Assembly: GCA_030704615.1 (NCBI GenBank)
Contig: CM060731.1
Location: forward strand, 43,152,001 to 43,216,000
Source of the DNA: Takakia lepidozioides
Taxonomy: Eukaryota > Plantae > Bryophyta
Reading direction: 5' to 3'
DNA length: 64,000 bases
In this document: positions 61,301 through 64,000 of the stretch, one piece after another
Layout: each line of letters begins with the position of its first letter
How positions within the stretch are numbered: the stretch's first letter is position 1
The notes under the pieces: model-generated
Told to the model about the DNA's origin: nothing
What the model saw: only the letters and a program-made list of their open reading frames with translations
Databases searched by the model: none
Position numbers and translations under genes: made by a program

Positions 61301-63987
61301 GAAGAAGAGATTGAGACAGGGGTTGAGGAGGATCATGATGGGGAGAGTGATGATGAGACAGAGCCGAATACGAAGGAACAGAGTTTAAATGTATATAAAT
61401 GTGTGAAGATGTTTGCCAACAATACAGTTTTGAATAATTACTGTTGGCTCTTGAAAAATTATACATACAACACTGCAGCGACCAATTACTACATTGTCCG
61501 TATGCTACAGCGTATCTGCGAGGATTGCTTGCTGGAACCCATGCTATATCAGGTTCTCTTTCAACTTTCTTATTCTTTTTCTACATAAATTTCTCTTATT
61601 AGGGACCCTGTTCGCATCCCATATGCCCTTATGCCCTTATGGATGTAATAAAATATTTTCTCCTTCTTTCCCTTGGGCTTCCTGTGGATACTAAATTTGT
61701 TCTTTTATTTATCTATGGGAAGCTCCAACTCATTTGAATGTTTGTACATTTTTTGTTTGCTATCTCGTCTGAGGGACGTGGATAAAATGAGAAGCCAACT
61801 TGCTATTTCAAACTGGAGTAGCTGAATTGTCTGTGAAATCCCTGGACATTCTGGACTTAGCTCTCAGTTGACAACTCTTAATGCTAAAGTTAATTGTTGT
61901 TGATACCTTTTATTCCAGACTGATGTACGTCATTTTCCCGTCTGTGGCAGATCTCGATACTACAGATGTGCTATGAGATTCTGTCTAATAGGGCTGTTCA
62001 AGTCTCCGAGCAGCACCAATTTGTGGTTGCCTTCTTGACAAGACTGGTCCGCCACCTCTTTCAAAAACTGAAGAGATCACCTCTGCTTTTTGTTGACCTT
62101 CTCTTTTGGAAGACGAAAGAGGACTGTCATTGCATAACAGCTGACTACATAATTCACCAGTTGGGGGGGGATGCGGGTGGGAAAGGGAGGGCTCTCAGCA
62201 AACAAAAGATAGCACCCAACATGCTTGACAGAAGGGCTTTACTAAGTGAGTCTCTAGGAGACGATGAGGACACAACAGTGCCGACCGTGTCCACTCTCTT
62301 TCGTACTCAAAACAGGTATGCTATTCTCCACCCTGGAGGTTTGGGACAATGCTGAAAGGTCTGACTGTCTCAATCTTGGGAGGAATATGCACATCAAATG
62401 ACTAACTTTCTGGAGTGACAATCATTTTTCTGTATGAAGGTAAAGTGTTTTAGTTAGTGCGCAGTGGTGGTTCCGGATTCTTCCTCTCCATTCTTCCCTG
62501 CCACCTAGTCTACTGGTCTGTGGCTGCAAGTTCATGCAAGAATGAGTACATTATCCCTCTCTTTCACAAAACATTTACAGAAATGAAATGAAATGAAATG
62601 GTGCTTTATAACGTCCGCGGAAAGCTCATAGAGCTTATGGGACAAAATGGAAGAAAACATGAGAGAGGAACAAATCCAGAAACCACAATTAATGTTCTAG
62701 CGATTGTCTAAGGGTGAAGGCCTCGTGCAGGTAGGCTGCCAAGCACTTTCCCATAAAGAATTTTCCGTTGTGGTTACTGTGAGTGTATATCTCACACTTG
62801 CTCTCTGTAAACAAGTGCACTATGGGGCAAGGACATAAGATCTTCTCAGTAAATTCTTGTTTAGGTACGTTTATTTTTGAAATATGGATATATCTTGATA
62901 CTTATGGGGGAAGGAGAGAGGGTGGGTCAACAGTCAGGTGAAGGTGGAGGTTAGATATTATTACTTAAATTTTCATGAGATGTTGTTAGTTGAGACACCA
63001 CAATGTGCATCTGGCAGTGAAGTAGGAGGAGACCAAAATCAGAGGGGAAAAGTGAAGCGACAAAGAGCTATAAGGAAGCGAGGTCCTTTCAGTGACGAAC
63101 AGGAGGAACAAATTAAAGAGCTCTTTGAACAGTAAGTTGCTACTGTTTCCCTTGTTGGAGGTAAAACATTAATATAGTGGGTTATATCAGGCATTCTATA
63201 CAAAATAGTATTGCAGACGCACTTCAAGAGATCATGTTATTGCCAGGAAAAGTGCATGTCCATTTGCTTCCTTAGAATGAGAGTTATTTTTTCACATTGC
63301 CCATATCCTCAACCAGCAAATGCCTGTTGCTTCTGCATCCCTCAAAATTAGTCCCAAACCTAGTTTACATATCAAATACCAGGTACAAAGACAAGCGGAA
63401 CTGCTCCCAGCTTATCGCTCAGGAATTATCAGGTTCTGGCCCGGTGGGAGACTCCAATGATGCATTTTCAGCTGCCCAGGTGGGTCGTGCCCTGAAAAGG
63501 TTTGGTCTAAAACGTGTTGTCAAAGGAGTTAGAGGTTCCAATCTGCTACAGAACCTCAACAGTCTAGAGGATAGTGAGGACAATGATGATGGGGACAAAG
63601 AAGATTGCGAGGATTTATCTGCTGGTGGCAATGGAACCCTTCAAAGTCCAGAGGATGTCATGCAAGACTACAGTGGGCAAGAAGATGAGGAGGAGAGTGC
63701 TCCAGTTAACAAGAAGCAGGAGTTGAAGAGCAAGCACATAAGGGGCCAAGGGAGACACAATGGTGGAGAACTACTTGGTTTCGCCTCGGCCAAATCAACG
63801 AAGAACACATCAGTATTGTCTGACTTGTTAAGCGATGAGGAGGAAGGCATGCACAGTGATGGCGAGAATCATGAACATGAGATAGCTAGTAAATACAGAC
63901 ATGGGCATACTGATGGAAGTACTCAGGACGGTGACCCTGCTCGAGCGAGTGACCATGGATCTGAAGATGTAGATGAATTACCGACTG
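49359..63987 (+). CDS. TIMELESS: TIMELESS/Tof1 replication-fork protection protein, multi-exon, 3' end outside the window
   Basis: MNIESLTSVCTCLG...YVKNPDCL|GNLKLIQRFLRRDDP...LVLNA|VKVMVFLTMP...IPQQLEYL; FQLVLTLIRNLLA; SRHSGFSGTF; ARILLYKVFYDHT...FDMHKQP; YCWLLKNY...LEPMLYQ; PLLFVDLLFWKT; FSDEQEEQIKELFEQ. Confidence 0.95.
49480..49800 (-). mobile_element. Three antisense LINE family B 3' ends in TIMELESS intron 1
   Basis: GAAATGAAGTGTAACGTCCGCGTAAAGCTCAAAGAG, GAAATGATACTTTATGACGTCTGCGGAAAGCTCAACGAGCTTACGGACAA and a third decayed copy are reverse complements of the family B tail. Confidence 0.8.
51480..51710 (-). mobile_element. Antisense LINE family B internal fragment, partly duplicated
   Basis: Reverse complement matches GAGGGCATTGGGGCGGTTCAGGGTGGG..CCCACAAT.TACGGATAGAGACTGGTAG at 54620-54680. 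Confidence 0.8.
52675..52800 (-). mobile_element. Antisense LINE family A 3' fragment
   Basis: TTGTTTGCCGTAGCCTTGTGG...GACCCTGCGCCCAGTTTG matches 8092-8135. Confidence 0.75.
53060..53560 (+). repeat. Tandem array of ~6 LINE family B 3' ends
   Basis: Repeated GTCCCAT(A/G)AGCTCT(A/T)TGAGCTT(T/C)CCGCGGAC(G/A)TTATAAAGCAC(CATTT)n units. Confidence 0.85.
53830..55030 (+). mobile_element. LINE family B 5'-truncated copy (ORF2 C-terminus, 3' UTR) preceded by another 3' end
   Basis: KWLFDSVV, LRALGRFRVDSHNLRIETGRW, REDRLCPAC, ETEEHFFFYCPLYYEIR; ends in a CATTT tail. Confidence 0.9.
55045..55322 (+). mobile_element. Young LINE family A 3' fragment flanked by (CT)n
   Basis: Nearly identical to the reverse complement of 8077-8330; ends CGTCTTATGAGTACAATCTCTCTCTCT. 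Confidence 0.92.
56010..57135 (+). mobile_element. LINE family B 5'-truncated copy
   Basis: WLFDTVVSPATIYGCEFW...RVGSHNLRRETGRW...DRLCPAC...ETEEHFFFYCPLY; 3' hairpin and (CATTT)n. Confidence 0.92.
57136..59400 (+). mobile_element. Head-to-tail array of LINE family B copies and 3' ends
   Basis: Longer copy at ~57380-58235, a diverged copy at ~58940-59400, and short 3' ends near 57260, 58250, 58320, 58655, 58735 and 58895. Confidence 0.88.
62579..62746 (-). mobile_element. Antisense LINE family B 3' end, nearly identical to ~56968-57130
   Basis: GAAATGAAATGAAATGAAATGGTGCTTTATAACGTCCGCGGAAAGCTCATAGAGCTTATGGGACAAAATGG...GTAGGCTGCCAAGCA. Confidence 0.92.
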
Positions 63988-64000
63988 GTAAGTGCCCTTT

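Overview
Eukaryotic plant-type nuclear DNA with GT-AG introns and telo-boxes. The TE content and gene sequences suggest a non-seed land plant or streptophyte alga (inference). 1-19 kb is a transposon cluster. It opens with the end of a Mutator-like element (MULE) whose decayed transposase resembles the Arabidopsis At1g60560/At4g13970 SWIM-type proteins. A second element with the same TIR family (3776-19053) carries only a Ulp1/C48 protease gene. One Ulp1 intron holds a complete CACTA element (5359-16950, 30-bp TIRs, GAC TSD), and an intron of the CACTA TnpA-like gene holds a 5'-truncated LINE (15-bp TSD). The CACTA TnpD gene has an internal ~860-bp inversion. 19.8-64 kb holds four + strand host genes: DUF1640/FMP32-like, SDA1, a VIT/CCC1-family transporter and TIMELESS (runs off the window). 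A structurally complete piggyBac element (TTAA TSD) sits just upstream of SDA1. TIMELESS introns carry roughly 20-25 3' ends of a (CATTT)n-tailed LINE with a conserved hairpin, and two of these tails abut splice acceptors. All calls are by eye; no searches were run.
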